This document shows positions 15,206-15,299 of a stretch of DNA of 15,299 nt, piece by piece. The DNA lies in contig JAWXAY010000081.1 in assembly GCA_034439715.1 (NCBI GenBank), forward strand, positions 1 to 15,299. The letters are read 5' to 3'. Source of the stretch: Pseudomonadota bacterium. Its GTDB lineage: Bacteria > Bdellovibrionota > Bdellovibrionia > Bdellovibrionales > SG-bin7. Below the pieces are notes generated by a model. That model saw only the letters and a list, made by a program, of their open reading frames with translations, did no database searches and had not been told where the DNA came from. Position numbers and translations under genes: made by a program. Position 1 is the first letter of the stretch, and each line of letters begins with the position of its first letter.

Positions 15206-15255
15206 TAACTACCCAGCGATTCTGACCGTTTCTAATTACCCAGCGACTTTGACCG
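15206..15255 (+). repeat. Tandem 23-bp direct repeat, period 27
   Basis: TAACTACCCAGCGATTCTGACCG (15206-15228) and TAATTACCCAGCGACTTTGACCG (15233-15255), 20/23 identical. Confidence 0.85.
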
Positions 15256-15299
15256 ACTAAACGTATCAATTTGCTACGTCACTTGATGTGATCTCAAGC

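Noticed and set aside
15206..15255. CRISPR array
   Set aside because: Only two copies with a 4-bp spacer, and no cas genes in the window.
1..15299. Mobile element, prophage or defence island
   Set aside because: No integrase, transposase, phage or known defence genes, no tRNA or att site, and no obvious compositional break.

Overview
A gene-dense, moderately AT-rich chromosomal window, most likely from a Bdellovibrionota (Bdellovibrio-like) genome. That taxon is an inference from the 'YNNCS' lipobox, RxPAS motifs, a PutA-type C-terminus and the orphan gene content. It holds 15 credible CDSs: the P5C-dehydrogenase end of PutA, a coupled RDD-domain/rhomboid pair, a membrane-anchored orphan, a stand-alone Fis-type HTH regulator, a soluble orphan, CrcB/FluC, an operon of PD40-M28-PA-PDZ lipoprotein peptidase + EamA transporter + mono-haem cytochrome c, two orphan lipoproteins, MtgA, a small orphan, and an acidic protein with two PBECR2-like repeats. 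No RNA gene, CRISPR array or mobile element is evident. The most interesting signal is non-coding. Three orphan exported-protein genes each have a sigma-54 (-24/-12) promoter, and two of them (weakly the third) have upstream 17-bp TGTC-N9-GACA-type palindromes. The AAA+-less Fis-HTH gene has a FliA (sigma-28)-type promoter overlapped by degenerate copies of the same palindrome. This suggests a possible sigma-28 to sigma-54 life-cycle regulatory circuit. A second candidate system is the rhomboid + RDD/Cys-rich protein + RLPAS-motif module.
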